A DNA stretch of 64,000 bases from an uncultured virus (IMG/VR IMGVR_UViG_3300024269_000036) (IMGVR_UViG_3300024269_000036:1-64000); one strand, 5' to 3'. Counted from the stretch's first letter, positions 9,001 to 18,121 are shown. Notes: generated by a model not told the origin, from the sequence alone. Made by a program: numbers and translations.

Positions 9001-11951
9001 AAGGCCGTGGTATATTCTCTGTAAAATGGGAGATTATAGGCGGTTCAAGTGGATATGCAAATAAGGTTTCTCTTACTGACACTGATAAGGAGATGGCATA
9101 CATTCAGGCCCCTGCGGGTTTTGATGGCGTCGTTATGGTTCAGTGTACAGTAACAAGGGATTATGATGGTTTAGAACTTTGTGTCAACACTAAAGAAATT
9201 GGGTTTAAGGACCCTAATACAATTATCACTGAAGCAATGAACGCCCCTGTTTATAACATTCTTGTTGATGCGGGAATTATTGTGGAAGATGAGACTGGTT
9301 ATGGTAAACTTAATAAGATGGAGGCTGCTAATGTTACCATTGAACAACTCCTTAAAACGGATTATAGCGGTAAGAAGACTTCTATCTTTGCTAATCACCC
9401 TGAAATTACATCATTCCTTGAATTCCAATATTTTACAAGTTCTCTTATCGGACAAATGCCACAGGAGGGTAATGTAAATCAGGTACTTATTCCTGAAGGT
9501 TTCTTTGCAGGGTGTAGTGGAATGAGAGAAGTGGCATTCCCACCAAGTTTCTTCTATGCAAATGCAAAGATGTTCTCAGGTTGTACAGCCCTCGAAAGTA
9601 TTTATGGAGCACAGAGTGGGTATGATGAGGAAAAGAACCCTACTTATAAACCGCTGTCATTTAAATATATAGGAGCCCAACTTTGTGAAGGTTGTACTCA
9701 GTTGAAGAAATTTGAACTTGGTAATAACTGTGAATATATTGGAAAGCATGCTTTCAGGGGTTGCGAATTATTGACTGACTTTGCGGTTCCATCAATTGAT
9801 ACTCTCGAAATTGTTTATGGTGTTGATAATAACCCATTCCAGGGATGTCGTAACATCAATTTCCTTGGTTCAGAGTATGACGGAGTTTCAAAGGCAAGTA
9901 AATGTCAGGTTTATGATGGTGCCCTCTATGAGGTGAATGATGATTCAATAACTCTTATCCGTTTGGGTAAAGATACAGCGTCAGCCAATATCATTAACAC
10001 AGTTCCTGTATATGCGTGTGGCTATTCAATGCAATATAGAAGAGAAGCCAATGTTGTTATACCTGAAAATGTTATCCTTAATGGACAGTACATATTTGAA
10101 GGGTCAGAAGGACAAAGCATAAAGTTGAATTGTTTAACAAATAATAAATCAACAAATTTATTCACCAACACAAATTATGGGAATAACTATGCCTTTGCAA
10201 GCAATGAAACGTTAATACCTGATAAGTGTTTCTATCAAAATGGTTATCCTATTAATTGTATTATACCTGAAGGAATAAAAACAATTGGAAGTTCGACTTT
10301 CTATTCCGTAAGTAATTTGAAAACCATTACATTCCCTTCAACATTGGAGTCAATTGGAGGAAATTCTTTCTGGTTGTCAAATCAGTTAAAAACATTAAAG
10401 TTCAATGGTTTAACCCCACCTACTACAGTAAATGGAGATTTCTTCAATGTGACGTTGGATGAAATTATAGTTAAACCGGAGGCTTATGAAGCATTCTCGA
10501 CAGGTTTTGTTTCGAATGATAATGGTAAAGAGATTAATCTTCTCTCACCACTCGTTAGAATATCCCATCTTTTCAGTGAAGGATACGTACGCATTATTAA
10601 GGATGGCGCAATTCTTTCGGCAGATGAAAACAATATAATTATGGTTGGCGGTCTTGAAACTACTCAGGAAAGTGATTACCATAAGTATACAACTGACGAT
10701 ATCATTACTGATTTGAATATTACTTTGAACGGAGAAGTGGTTGGTATTGTTGAGGGTCAATACACTACGATTTATCTTGGCGATAATTCAATGCTTTTCT
10801 CGGGTGAGGGATATAACTTCACTAAAGGTGTTTATGATGACTCGGTTAAGGCTCTGATGGCAACTAACGGATGGTTCTATGATAAACGTTTTGAGGGTAT
10901 TAGAAATGGTAAACTTGAAGGTGGAACTTCTAGTTCTCCAGTACATACTTCTATGGAGTTCGACCTTTCAATGCTTTCAGATACATCATCGGTTAACGTG
11001 GAAATGGGACAGTGGTCACAGTCTGATTATCGTTGGGCGGTCATAACCAATGGTAATGGTGATGAAATTATGAATTTCAAGAGAGACAATGGTTTCAATA
11101 AAAAATTGAACATTGCATTAAACGATGATTCAATTATATTTAAATATAGGGGCGAAAACTCTATTGGTACAGGTATTGATGGTTTGGTTGTTAACACAAT
11201 TGGTAATAAGATATATAGTGACCCTATGATGTCGGCAATGTTACTTTCTAATGATACCACAAATTATGTGCGACCTATTGCAATAACATTGGTATGTGAC
11301 CAAGATATTCCATATGGAACTGTTATTGAACTTGTTGATAACAAGGGGCATGAATACCGTCGAATATATTCGGGCGAAACCATGTATTTTACGCTCCCAA
11401 TGAATAATTTCAATGTAAAGGCTAATGGTTTCGTAACTGAGGGCGGTAAAAAGTTTAATACTGTTATTGATACAATTCCTGCATCATTTGAAGGCGATTT
11501 TGAAATTGTCTATGAAACTGAAATAGGTGTTGAAACAGTGGGTAGTGTCATTTGTGTGAAACTTTCCGATACTGATTATTACATCGATACTGTAAGCGGG
11601 GCAATGCCATGGGGTTCTAAGGGGATTGCAATTGAAGGAACTGATGTTGATGATGTCATGATGTCGTCAGCAAATGGCTTTAAAAATACTAATGCAGTTC
11701 TCGCTGCTGACCCTGAGAATGAAATGTTTGCAATTGCAGTAAACAATAATTTCGGCGATAAGACAATAAAAGGTTATATCCCTTCATATGAGGAAATGCT
11801 TGTTGTTGCCGAAAATACGGATATTGATTTTACCGGATGTTGGACTTCTGAAACTCAGGGAACTGAAACAGCATGGTGTTTTGATGGAAATGCTTATGAT
11901 AGAGGGGCTACCATGAAATATTATATTTTTGGTAAAAAGATTGTTTTTTAA
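3042..11951 (+). CDS. Giant multidomain virion/adhesin-like protein: LamG-like, CotH-kinase-like, LRR, BspA-type LRR and C-terminal lectin-like domain
   Basis: 2969 aa; IYSIKLYNRALSSTEI (LamG-like); QGTSS..YP.KNF, GKYNFNNDKS, YDNDT (CotH-like); IPEGIKTIGSSTF / FPSTLESIG (LRR_5-like). Confidence 0.7.
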   Translation: MAKKFWEGEVNMLTDWGGDASTGNLPLSGERVQSFIKESINSKVGYIGEVKTTSGGFYVLCRDAEVFAAYQETITEDAPFGDLTLDGVVGRFDAPFNYTMKIEVLEPEGGYKSALAGSTGNVIRFKAETQDNSGAPQQEGVTVTYRIKNGSGVESSQTIIYPYNQISDGVTYNLDGRISAGENVVTITVVGENTGISSMRRITYNLLDIYFTDRFDITKRYAFDSTGVLSIPVGYDLKGVGETTVYYYFDGNLQGEYKESNENPVINNANKNFVFTTHDAWMNIGLHTLQMYMKCVDTESKEAFYTPIYYREFIVENTPTEIETPYITRKLDFDYSKGILPKGGVPTYYGAKQFENLAITYAAYYNGKSTCNVKTYIEYPGMDMMEISTEDLPLVLDSFSAIKKQEFNLLEEGPTKLYLRAYYDEEYFEAEANIEIDKSDMNLTTSDEGVVLYLNAFGRSNDSDDLSVLAKWEYRYLNALGQEEVITTDFSTNEYVVVSSKDNDGNIIPPTGIEVDNCLEVDELPLEENEDYDFLIFNGEYYAWNREFDWSNTSGWSDGKLKLANGNAITINYKPFDEDKLATMKLQGATFEFEFETTNVYNDDAVICRICGSDNFAPGISIYAAGAELAISRDIVTGDGENSGYAKMVSTKYKAEESNRISFVITPDLNEEGYRNRILSIYVNGEYCGAYAYDAGTNFYNDSKIMFRGNKDAGINIYSIKLYNRALSSTEILDNFIYYRNSSAEKRALYERNNIVLESNKEQFDADKLKSSIPVMTFYQIFENEKIEDLHQEKKNKKLTRHFDVLYTNIQNPSYNFFVKCAYITPQGTSSMNYPVKNFRLYTAKDDRTELYVGSNIFLDGNPGNRDASNLNPEALVAKGKYAFKEGSIPVKCWCLKADFAESSSSHNTGTARYWNGVLKNGGYKTKAQAKAEKYAEEYPYDVRTCIDGFPIVLFYERLGGAAPEFQGKYNFNNDKSTEDVFGFTGGIEIDDQEVQYFYIGNEKPIIHGEEDDKTGEIEYACSWSEGGYTSTPDVDSDLYTSKYLEDGSQEWYMLRGKELLDNPKMECWELLNSVNELALFKTAKGFMVGDDDEKVGILVNGSFDGAFESRFPDCGDYFHTNSLRRFAEWLVSCRYLNIDNETGMAVPFSQAALPTENYYRDADGKLIIQSLTKQTGTFKISYPNYNFYTEVPYESISSQITKDGYALTEIADDVIDSIEYNEVDVIPTEKDSEYEYIKCGDYFYTWQLSNLLRVDVLPEVEQGNYDFVCVGGDKYYVWKNEFDFAPYYEAQRVDDTPFNRALKFAVEKYDHIEMDKMAAYYIYLMRFGGVDQTVKNSMLTTEGPNTSDPNSTLPSLWFFINYDNDTILGVKNDGRLVFDPYITRETKDGTGYVYAGRESTLWNNLEADVEFMEHVTEVDNKLTDSTSNPLYSLSYANALREYDTNQSDMWCERIYNKDAETKYIKTYVEGWTQKVDKEGTATHVYEDYLYDVQGSRSAHRKWWLGRRFNVFDSRFANANFRASLIKFRSTNLPAGSEFTIKSGEPVYYAWGHDNVITEMTPTALIAGTNHTFRTASAFNIGSYLELMGAANISTFDLRGCVGALTEIDVTGCYSPSVGTKMKEILVGDHTRTDLVNNGTAMKFSGLDVAEKLEVLDVTNIRNIDKLDGLNKLLNIRNVFAKGTSIANFTFADGCLVQYVELPSTTETLSLTRSSMIYYDGIVSEDPTFARLNNLTIDNCRNLMNDFNFVLNWVAVKSNRNELNKVNLNLQGINWVFDRTNYNKLFSLAGIGKSQLSSLNVRGNIEIKSDLTFNDIAQLKSIFGVDCFKEGSAVYIKAYTGVYATEVPYIYEGDGDIRIDVTTVGTQLGGEISVYATVNEIEEDGTSVNKIIEATEGIITMNTDNLKRDYFTIKVLESNNNYTYLNLSIEYEDEKNEIPLQLSIPIKKRIYPSELSIMSLKDLYDDDDKNKLWIDFIPSSVNDEELEGRGIFSVKWEIIGGSSGYANKVSLTDTDKEMAYIQAPAGFDGVVMVQCTVTRDYDGLELCVNTKEIGFKDPNTIITEAMNAPVYNILVDAGIIVEDETGYGKLNKMEAANVTIEQLLKTDYSGKKTSIFANHPEITSFLEFQYFTSSLIGQMPQEGNVNQVLIPEGFFAGCSGMREVAFPPSFFYANAKMFSGCTALESIYGAQSGYDEEKNPTYKPLSFKYIGAQLCEGCTQLKKFELGNNCEYIGKHAFRGCELLTDFAVPSIDTLEIVYGVDNNPFQGCRNINFLGSEYDGVSKASKCQVYDGALYEVNDDSITLIRLGKDTASANIINTVPVYACGYSMQYRREANVVIPENVILNGQYIFEGSEGQSIKLNCLTNNKSTNLFTNTNYGNNYAFASNETLIPDKCFYQNGYPINCIIPEGIKTIGSSTFYSVSNLKTITFPSTLESIGGNSFWLSNQLKTLKFNGLTPPTTVNGDFFNVTLDEIIVKPEAYEAFSTGFVSNDNGKEINLLSPLVRISHLFSEGYVRIIKDGAILSADENNIIMVGGLETTQESDYHKYTTDDIITDLNITLNGEVVGIVEGQYTTIYLGDNSMLFSGEGYNFTKGVYDDSVKALMATNGWFYDKRFEGIRNGKLEGGTSSSPVHTSMEFDLSMLSDTSSVNVEMGQWSQSDYRWAVITNGNGDEIMNFKRDNGFNKKLNIALNDDSIIFKYRGENSIGTGIDGLVVNTIGNKIYSDPMMSAMLLSNDTTNYVRPIAITLVCDQDIPYGTVIELVDNKGHEYRRIYSGETMYFTLPMNNFNVKANGFVTEGGKKFNTVIDTIPASFEGDFEIVYETEIGVETVGSVICVKLSDTDYYIDTVSGAMPWGSKGIAIEGTDVDDVMMSSANGFKNTNAVLAADPENEMFAIAVNNNFGDKTIKGYIPSYEEMLVVAENTDIDFTGCWTSETQGTETAWCFDGNAYDRGATMKYYIFGKKIVF

Positions 11952-11960
11952 TAAAAAAAT

Positions 11961-11988
11961 GAAACCGGATTGTAAAATATCCGGTTTC
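11961..11988 (+). terminator. Intrinsic terminator hairpin
   Basis: GAAACCGGAT...ATCCGGTTTC just after the stop codon. Confidence 0.6.
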
Positions 11989-11995
11989 TAATAAC

Positions 11996-12002
11996 TATTT
12001 AT
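11996..12002 (+). promoter_or_regulatory. Putative phage late promoter motif TATTTAT
   Basis: Recurrent motif upstream of structural/lysis genes; other copies at 14288, 27430, 29410, 40133 (+) and 19292, 21921, 22887, 37661, 52869, 62432 (-). Confidence 0.55.
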
Positions 12003-12009
12003 TGTTGAT

Positions 12010-12501
12010 ATGAAAATTAAGAACAGAAAGAACGAATACAAGCCAATTAAAGTTGTTGGTAAAAACAAGTATATCGTAGCATGGGATTATCAGCCAATTT
12101 TCAAGAACGGTAAGGAAACTAATCTTGGGATTTGGGAAGAATTCTGTTTTAATCATAAACCAAGCGAATCTGAAATCAAGGATATTATCATCTCTTATTA
12201 CAATACCAAGGTTGAAGAAAATATATTAGATGGTTATCAATGGAAAGGATATAATATATGGCTTTCTTCTGAAAATCAGTTTAATTATAAGGCAGCATAT
12301 GACCTTGCAGTGCAGACTAATGGTGCAACACTCCCTTTAAAGTTTAAGTTCGGTGAAACAACTTCTCCTGAATATCATGTTTTTGAAGACCTGAATGAAC
12401 TTCAGGAATTTTATATGGGGGCAATCGCTCATATCCAAACGGTATTGAATGAAGGTTGGGTAGTTAAGGATTCTATTGATTGGAAATTATATGAAATATA
12501 A
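12010..12501 (+). CDS. DUF4376-like tail-associated protein
   Basis: IWLSSENQFNYKAAYDLAVQT...GW..KD.IDW pattern. Confidence 0.6.
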   Translation: MKIKNRKNEYKPIKVVGKNKYIVAWDYQPIFKNGKETNLGIWEEFCFNHKPSESEIKDIIISYYNTKVEENILDGYQWKGYNIWLSSENQFNYKAAYDLAVQTNGATLPLKFKFGETTSPEYHVFEDLNELQEFYMGAIAHIQTVLNEGWVVKDSIDWKLYEI

Positions 12502-12520
12502 AATTAAATAACATATATAT

Positions 12521-14215
12521 ATGGCAAGACAAACATTAATACATTTACACGGTACGACTCGACTCGCCGATGCTACAAAACTTAATCTTGGTGAGATTGC
12601 GGTACGTAATGCTGCAACAAAGGCTGATACTGAGTTGGCTGTATTGACAAGCGCAGGTGATGCTCTTGTATACATACCTTCACTTGATAAGGTAACGGGT
12701 TTAACAAGTGCAATTTCAAATAACGTAAATGGAATTGATACTCGTTTAAGTGCTGCAGAGGGTAAAGTTACTGCTCTCGAAACTTTCAGAGATAGCAGCG
12801 CAGCAACAAAGGCTGATATTGCCGCTCTTAGTGGAAGTACTTCAGGAAACAGTACTCATGTGACAGTTAAGGTTGACCAGGCTGGTGGTAAAATCACAGG
12901 TGTTACAGTAACTGAGGATATGAGTGAGTTCGCTAAGGGTGCTGATTTAACCGCTCTCGGAACTCGCGTTGGGGACAATGAGGCTGATATCGCAGAACTT
13001 CAGGCTGCTGTAGGTGTTGGTGCAGGTTCTGGCGAAACCCTTACAAGTCGTGTATCTGACCTCGAAGCACTTGTGGGTGACAGTACTGATGGTCTCGTAA
13101 AGGACGTTGCTGATAATACTGCCGCAATTAGTGCAAATACTGCAGCAATTAGTGCAAATACTGCTAATATTGCAGGACACGGCACAAAGATTGAAGCACT
13201 TGAATCATCTGCACATACCCATGATAATAAGGGTGTTATTGATGGTATTACATCAGCAAAGGTTAACGCATGGGATAATGCTGAGAGTAACGCAATTGCG
13301 AGTGCTAAAACTTATGTTGATTCTGCAATAACTGCAACTACAACAGCCCTTAATGGCCAAATTAGCGCTGTTGATAAGAAAGCCGATGACAATGCGGATG
13401 CAATTGATGCTCTTGAGGAACTTGTAGGCGACACTGCAGTTGCAACTCAGATTAGCAACGCAATAGGGGGACTTGATGCATCTGAAACAGGTTCAAGTGC
13501 TCATGTAACAGTTAAAGTTGACCAGCTTGATGGCGTTATCACAGGTGTTACAGTAACTGAGGATATGAGTGAGTTCGCTACTTCAGATGACCTTTCAGCC
13601 CTTCAGACAAAAGTTAATACACTCGTAGGTGACGATGAAGATATGTCTGCTCGTGAAATTGCCGCTGCAGAGGTTGCGAAGGTTATTGCTGAGGCACCAG
13701 AAGATTTTGATACATTGCAAGAAATCGCTGCTTGGATTTCCAGTGATGAAACTTCATCAGCGCAGATGGTTAGTGATATCGACAATCTTAAGAAAGTAAC
13801 ATCAGGATATACTACACAGGGTTCAATTCAGGCTGCAATAACCGCTGCTCAGACAAAGGCTGATAATAATGCAACAGCAATTACAGGTCTTCAGGGGCTC
13901 GTAGGCGAGACTCCAGTTGCAACTCAGATTAGCGACGCAATAGGAGCACTTGATGCTACAGCAGGTACTGCTACTGTTGCAAGTGGTAAGCACGTTGCTG
14001 TTGAGGTTATTGAGCAAGATGGTAAGGTTACAGCTGTAAATGTTGCTGAAAATGATATTGCATCGGCTGATGCTCTTGTAGGTGTTAAATCAACCGCAGA
14101 TACAGCCGTTCAGAGTGTTACAGTATCTAATCTTACAGGTGTAAGTGCCGTTAAGACAGGTACTGCAGTAGCGATTGATTTTTCTAACATGACAATTGAC
14201 TGTGGCGAATATTAA
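12521..14215 (+). CDS. Ala/Thr-rich tail-fibre-like protein with internal repeats
   Basis: 564 aa; duplicated HVTVKVDQ..G.ITGVTVTEDMSEFA; APEDFDTLQEIAAWI fibre motif; C-terminal DCGEY. Confidence 0.7.
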   Translation: MARQTLIHLHGTTRLADATKLNLGEIAVRNAATKADTELAVLTSAGDALVYIPSLDKVTGLTSAISNNVNGIDTRLSAAEGKVTALETFRDSSAATKADIAALSGSTSGNSTHVTVKVDQAGGKITGVTVTEDMSEFAKGADLTALGTRVGDNEADIAELQAAVGVGAGSGETLTSRVSDLEALVGDSTDGLVKDVADNTAAISANTAAISANTANIAGHGTKIEALESSAHTHDNKGVIDGITSAKVNAWDNAESNAIASAKTYVDSAITATTTALNGQISAVDKKADDNADAIDALEELVGDTAVATQISNAIGGLDASETGSSAHVTVKVDQLDGVITGVTVTEDMSEFATSDDLSALQTKVNTLVGDDEDMSAREIAAAEVAKVIAEAPEDFDTLQEIAAWISSDETSSAQMVSDIDNLKKVTSGYTTQGSIQAAITAAQTKADNNATAITGLQGLVGETPVATQISDAIGALDATAGTATVASGKHVAVEVIEQDGKVTAVNVAENDIASADALVGVKSTADTAVQSVTVSNLTGVSAVKTGTAVAIDFSNMTIDCGEY

Positions 14216-14242
14216 TAGGCCTAATAGTTTATGTTAAAATAT

Positions 14243-14265
14243 ATGGGGGACCAATGGTCCCCCAT
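14243..14265 (+). terminator. Intrinsic terminator
   Basis: ATGGGGGACCA-A-TGGTCCCCCAT followed by a T tract. Confidence 0.75.
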
Positions 14266-14318
14266 TGTTTTTTACATGTATTTTAACTATTTATAGATAA
14301 TTAAAAAGGTTATAATCA

Positions 14319-16265
14319 ATGGCAAATAATAGAAACATTGTGCACGGCCATGTAAACCGTGTTACGGGAACAACTCAGACTGAAATTAATAATGAACTTG
14401 CAAAATTTTTCATAGACGTTCAGCCTGACCATCCTCTATATGATGTTCTTAAAACAGAACAATTGGAACTCAATAAAGGTATTCTTGTTATTAACAATAA
14501 TGCGAATGACCCAAGCATATACATTAAAAATACATTGGGGGATGTTGTAAAAATATCCGGAAACGGTTCACTTGCAGTAGAGGAATATAAAGACGCAGTT
14601 ATTGAAGCATCTGCCGAAAATCTTGGACAAATTATATTCGTTAAGAACGATAGTGTATATGACAATCAAACATATTACACAGGGCCTTATATTGTTATAG
14701 GTGAAGGTGAACTCATGAAACTTTCAATGTCACTTGCTTCCGGTGATGCTGATGTGGATACTGAGATTGCAGGGTTGAAAATAAGCGTTGGGGAATTAAA
14801 TTCTGAACTTGATAAAAAAGTTGATATTAAAAGTGGTTACTCACTTGTTTCAGATTCAGATATCACAAAACTTCAGGGCATTGAAACCAATGCTCAGGCT
14901 AACGTTATTGAAAAAATCATTGTAAATGGTGAGGAACTTCCGGTTACTGATAAGACTGTTGCATTTACTGTTTCTGTTGATAACATTGAAGGCGTTGCTG
15001 ATGGAAGAGTTGAAAATGTTTATATTGATGAGGTTGATGGGGTAAAATACCTTGTGTTGACATTTACTGAAGCCGCCCAAAAAGAGGATATTATGGTTGA
15101 CGTTTCAGAGATGTTTACTGAACAATACTCTTCGGGGGATGGCATTTCTTTAGAAAACCAAATTATTGGAATTAGGTTAGGTGAAAATGAAACTATTCTT
15201 GCATTTGATGAAAATGGTAGTCTTGTTATTGCTGAAACGTTTAAAACACGCATATCTGAGATTGAAAATATTTTATCGGTAATTACTGATACAATTAGTG
15301 GCCACACAGAAGAATTGGCAAGTCTTTCAGAAACAGTATCAGGTAATACAGAAGAATTGGCGAACCTTTCAATGGTTGTATCAGGATATAGTGAGGAATT
15401 GGCAAGTCTTTCAGAAACAGTATCAGGTAATACGGATAGTATTTCGGCAATAAGTGGCGAAACTTCCTCGTTGAAATTGAATATGAATAATTTAAAACCT
15501 CAGGAAGTTGAGAATTATGCCACTGCAGTTCAACGTGCCACCGCAAACAATGTAGGACAAATTTTTAAGACCAAGAAGGATTCGGAGTATAATGAGGTTG
15601 TTTACCTTGAGGGATTTTATCTTGTTGAAGGTGAAGGAAAACTTTCATATATAGTATCTGCTGACGGTACTCAGGATGAACTTAAGGTTCTTGCTGATAA
15701 AATTGAGGAACAGGGAAAAGCTTTCAATGAAAAGACTGAGGCTATTGATGCATATACCGTAAATGGTTATACAATTTCCCAAGAAAATGGCGTTGTTCTT
15801 GAAGGCAAGGATATTGTTCTTGATGAAACTCTTGAAGAAGCATCTTATACAATGGATTCAATTGTAATGGGGGATAACGTCAATACTGCTGTGAGGAAAA
15901 TTGAGAATACTCTTGGGGCAACTGTTATTGCAATGACAGCATCCCTTAATGATATTAATTCACAGGTGAATTGGGCTATAGACACAACAGTTCCGGTGGA
16001 GGGTACTCTTACAATTAAACCAAATACATTGCATGTTATTGAGGAACCGGTATCCAATTTAACATTAACTTATGAGGAAACTGAGGGCGAGGTTGCTTAT
16101 CGTTATTCAGTTCTGTTCAAGACAAGTGATACATTTGGAACAATATCCCTTCCTGCAGATATAATTTTATCAAATATTCCGATTGCTGATTTGGAAACTA
16201 ATACAAATTATTTGCTTGAAATTCAACACAATTTCGCTAAGTGGACTAAAATGATAGCACTTTAA
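14319..16265 (+). CDS. Fibre-like structural protein, paralog of the 31453 ORF
   Basis: SGNGSLAVEEYKDAV module shared with 31453; AQANVIEKIIVNG repeat; three 14-aa repeats. Confidence 0.7.
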   Translation: MANNRNIVHGHVNRVTGTTQTEINNELAKFFIDVQPDHPLYDVLKTEQLELNKGILVINNNANDPSIYIKNTLGDVVKISGNGSLAVEEYKDAVIEASAENLGQIIFVKNDSVYDNQTYYTGPYIVIGEGELMKLSMSLASGDADVDTEIAGLKISVGELNSELDKKVDIKSGYSLVSDSDITKLQGIETNAQANVIEKIIVNGEELPVTDKTVAFTVSVDNIEGVADGRVENVYIDEVDGVKYLVLTFTEAAQKEDIMVDVSEMFTEQYSSGDGISLENQIIGIRLGENETILAFDENGSLVIAETFKTRISEIENILSVITDTISGHTEELASLSETVSGNTEELANLSMVVSGYSEELASLSETVSGNTDSISAISGETSSLKLNMNNLKPQEVENYATAVQRATANNVGQIFKTKKDSEYNEVVYLEGFYLVEGEGKLSYIVSADGTQDELKVLADKIEEQGKAFNEKTEAIDAYTVNGYTISQENGVVLEGKDIVLDETLEEASYTMDSIVMGDNVNTAVRKIENTLGATVIAMTASLNDINSQVNWAIDTTVPVEGTLTIKPNTLHVIEEPVSNLTLTYEETEGEVAYRYSVLFKTSDTFGTISLPADIILSNIPIADLETNTNYLLEIQHNFAKWTKMIAL

Positions 16266-16271
16266 TATAGA

Positions 16272-16297
16272 AAAGGGAGGTTTTAAAACCTCCCTTT
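16272..16297. terminator. Bidirectional terminator between convergent genes
   Basis: Perfect palindrome AAAGGGAGGTTTTAAAACCTCCCTTT. Confidence 0.8.
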
Positions 16298-16298
16298 A

Positions 16299-16622
16299 TT
16301 ATTTCAATAACTTATTCGCGAATGGATTTTCTTTTAATGCCTCAGCCTGTTTTTCAATTTCCTTGCAATAGTTTTCAAAAAGAACTATATCTTGAACGTC
16401 AAGATTGAACCACTCATTGCGTTTTTGTTTTGGATACAGTTTTTGGTGAAGAAGCCTTTCGACGAAGAATGGATATTGCGTTTCATATGTTTTCACAAGA
16501 TATATTTCTCCACCATTTCCTGTTTGAAGTTGTTTGATTCTCTTTTCAACAGGGCCACGTGTCACACCAATTTTGAAAGTATTATCTTGCCCTGAATCAC
16601 CAAGTATGTAAACTATAGCCAT
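16299..16622 (-). CDS. GIY-YIG nuclease superfamily protein (T5orf172/MUG113-like)
   Basis: VYIL...FKIGVT...KRIKQLQTGN...E..LH...NEWF. Confidence 0.85.
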   Translation of the reverse strand: MAIVYILGDSGQDNTFKIGVTRGPVEKRIKQLQTGNGGEIYLVKTYETQYPFFVERLLHQKLYPKQKRNEWFNLDVQDIVLFENYCKEIEKQAEALKENPFANKLLK

Positions 16623-16879
16623 TATTCTTCCCCCACGTATTTGAATGTAATTCCGTTAGTTGTAACTGCGACTTCATCAGCAGGCTCAGGTTCTCCTTCA
16701 TTATTATATCTATAATAGAAATCTTCATTGACTTTCTGTATCATGTTTTTCCCAACGTTAAAACGTATTTCCATCATAGAGAAATCTATTTCTTTTTCAA
16801 ATTCTGATTTTAGCAAATCAGCAATTCTAATTAGAATATCACCCTTAGGAATTTTATTCATAACTAATCTCATTATCAT
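16622..16879 (-). CDS. Hypothetical protein
   Basis: 85-aa ORF in a tightly packed operon. Confidence 0.65.
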   Translation of the reverse strand: MIMRLVMNKIPKGDILIRIADLLKSEFEKEIDFSMMEIRFNVGKNMIQKVNEDFYYRYNNEGEPEPADEVAVTTNGITFKYVGEE

Positions 16880-17126
16880 CCTTATTCGTCTTAAAGAAAA
16901 GTATCTTGAAATCTTCTTTTAATTTGCCCCAAAAACGTTGTCTTTTAAGCCTTCTCCCCGCCTTTTTATTGGGTTTTGAAGGGTTGACCAATTCTTTCTT
17001 TATCTCCTCTCCTAAGCCATTTTTCAAGGCTTTTGCGAACGAATTCATTTCTTTATTTCTTTTTGTTTCATCGTTCTTTCTTAAAACCTCGTTCAATATG
17101 ATTTCATTTTTCATTTCCTCAGTCAT
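16854..17126 (-). CDS. Hypothetical basic protein
   Basis: 90-aa ORF in operon. Confidence 0.6.
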   Translation of the reverse strand: MTEEMKNEIILNEVLRKNDETKRNKEMNSFAKALKNGLGEEIKKELVNPSKPNKKAGRRLKRQRFWGKLKEDFKILFFKTNKDDNEISYE

Positions 17127-17508
17127 CTTCGTAAACTTTTTCTCCTGATGTTATAACCTTATTTTCAAAATATTCTTCAATGTGATGAATAAGCCATACA
17201 ATACCTGAGGTGAATGCTCCGTCACAAATAGCCGCTAACCACCAAAGGCCTGTAACACTACCAAACATGATATTAAACGGTGTAAATGCAATTGGAATTA
17301 GGAACCAATTTATAATGGATAATACAATTCCTAAATTGGTTGGAAGACACATCATGCAGGAAAAAAGTTGACCAAAATGTTCATCAATGTAATCACTCCA
17401 ATATCTTAATTTTTCAAAAATACGAAATGGCCCGGACCCAAAAACAATAATATTACAAATCCCATAAGCCATTATAGAATAACAAAGAACAATTAACCAG
17501 CTAGACAT
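17119..17508 (-). CDS. Membrane protein with CxxC (DUF1360-like)
   Basis: About three hydrophobic helices; GPF.IF..LR and LFSCMMC motifs. Confidence 0.65.
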   Translation of the reverse strand: MSSWLIVLCYSIMAYGICNIIVFGSGPFRIFEKLRYWSDYIDEHFGQLFSCMMCLPTNLGIVLSIINWFLIPIAFTPFNIMFGSVTGLWWLAAICDGAFTSGIVWLIHHIEEYFENKVITSGEKVYEDD

Positions 17509-17939
17509 GATTCACCTTCTTCTATTTTTTCATTATTATCTTCGATATTTTCTTCAGTTTTACGGGTGTTTTTTGGTTTTTTCTTTCTATATTTGAATTC
17601 TATTGTTTGAAGTACATCAAGAGGTTCTTCCTCGAATATTGTTTGAAGTTCGTTTACCTTTTCCAAGAAAAGTGATTTTTTAATACCCGCAACCTCATTA
17701 AATGTAATTGTTTCATCAATTGCATTAAAAATTTTATCAATTCCTGTTGCAAGTGTCGCTGCAAAATAATATCCAACGCCATCTTCTGTGGGCATTACTT
17801 TCACATCATGTTTTGCAATGATTTTCTCACTTATTTTCCACTCTTTAGGAAAATCCACAGTAAGGAATATGATTCCCTCAGCAATGTTCATTTTTCTGAA
17901 CCTTGACCCCAACTTTGCAATTTTATCATTAAGTTCCAT
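17493..17939 (-). CDS. Hypothetical protein
   Basis: Likely start MELNDK at 17939, overlapping the upstream stop codon. Confidence 0.65.
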   Translation of the reverse strand: MELNDKIAKLGSRFRKMNIAEGIIFLTVDFPKEWKISEKIIAKHDVKVMPTEDGVGYYFAATLATGIDKIFNAIDETITFNEVAGIKKSLFLEKVNELQTIFEEEPLDVLQTIEFKYRKKKPKNTRKTEENIEDNNEKIEEGESCLAG

Positions 17940-18121
17940 TAGAATCCAATTCCTGTAAAGATTATTGTAAAAATGTAAGCCAATGACAAACCTATACCCC
18001 AAAGTCGTGTTGTTGTCATGTCAGACTCTCCCATACGTAATGAACGATAGAATATAAATCCTTCTTTGATAAGATTAAGGATTGCGAATATAAGTATAAA
18101 AACAAAAATCTTAGTCACCAT
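17939..18121 (-). CDS. Small two-TM membrane protein
   Basis: 60 aa with two hydrophobic segments. Confidence 0.6.
   Translation of the reverse strand: MVTKIFVFILIFAILNLIKEGFIFYRSLRMGESDMTTTRLWGIGLSLAYIFTIIFTGIGF

Noticed and set aside
11500..11951. Diversity-generating retroelement acting on the giant protein tip
   Set aside because: No reverse transcriptase and no adenine-variant template repeat is visible in this window.
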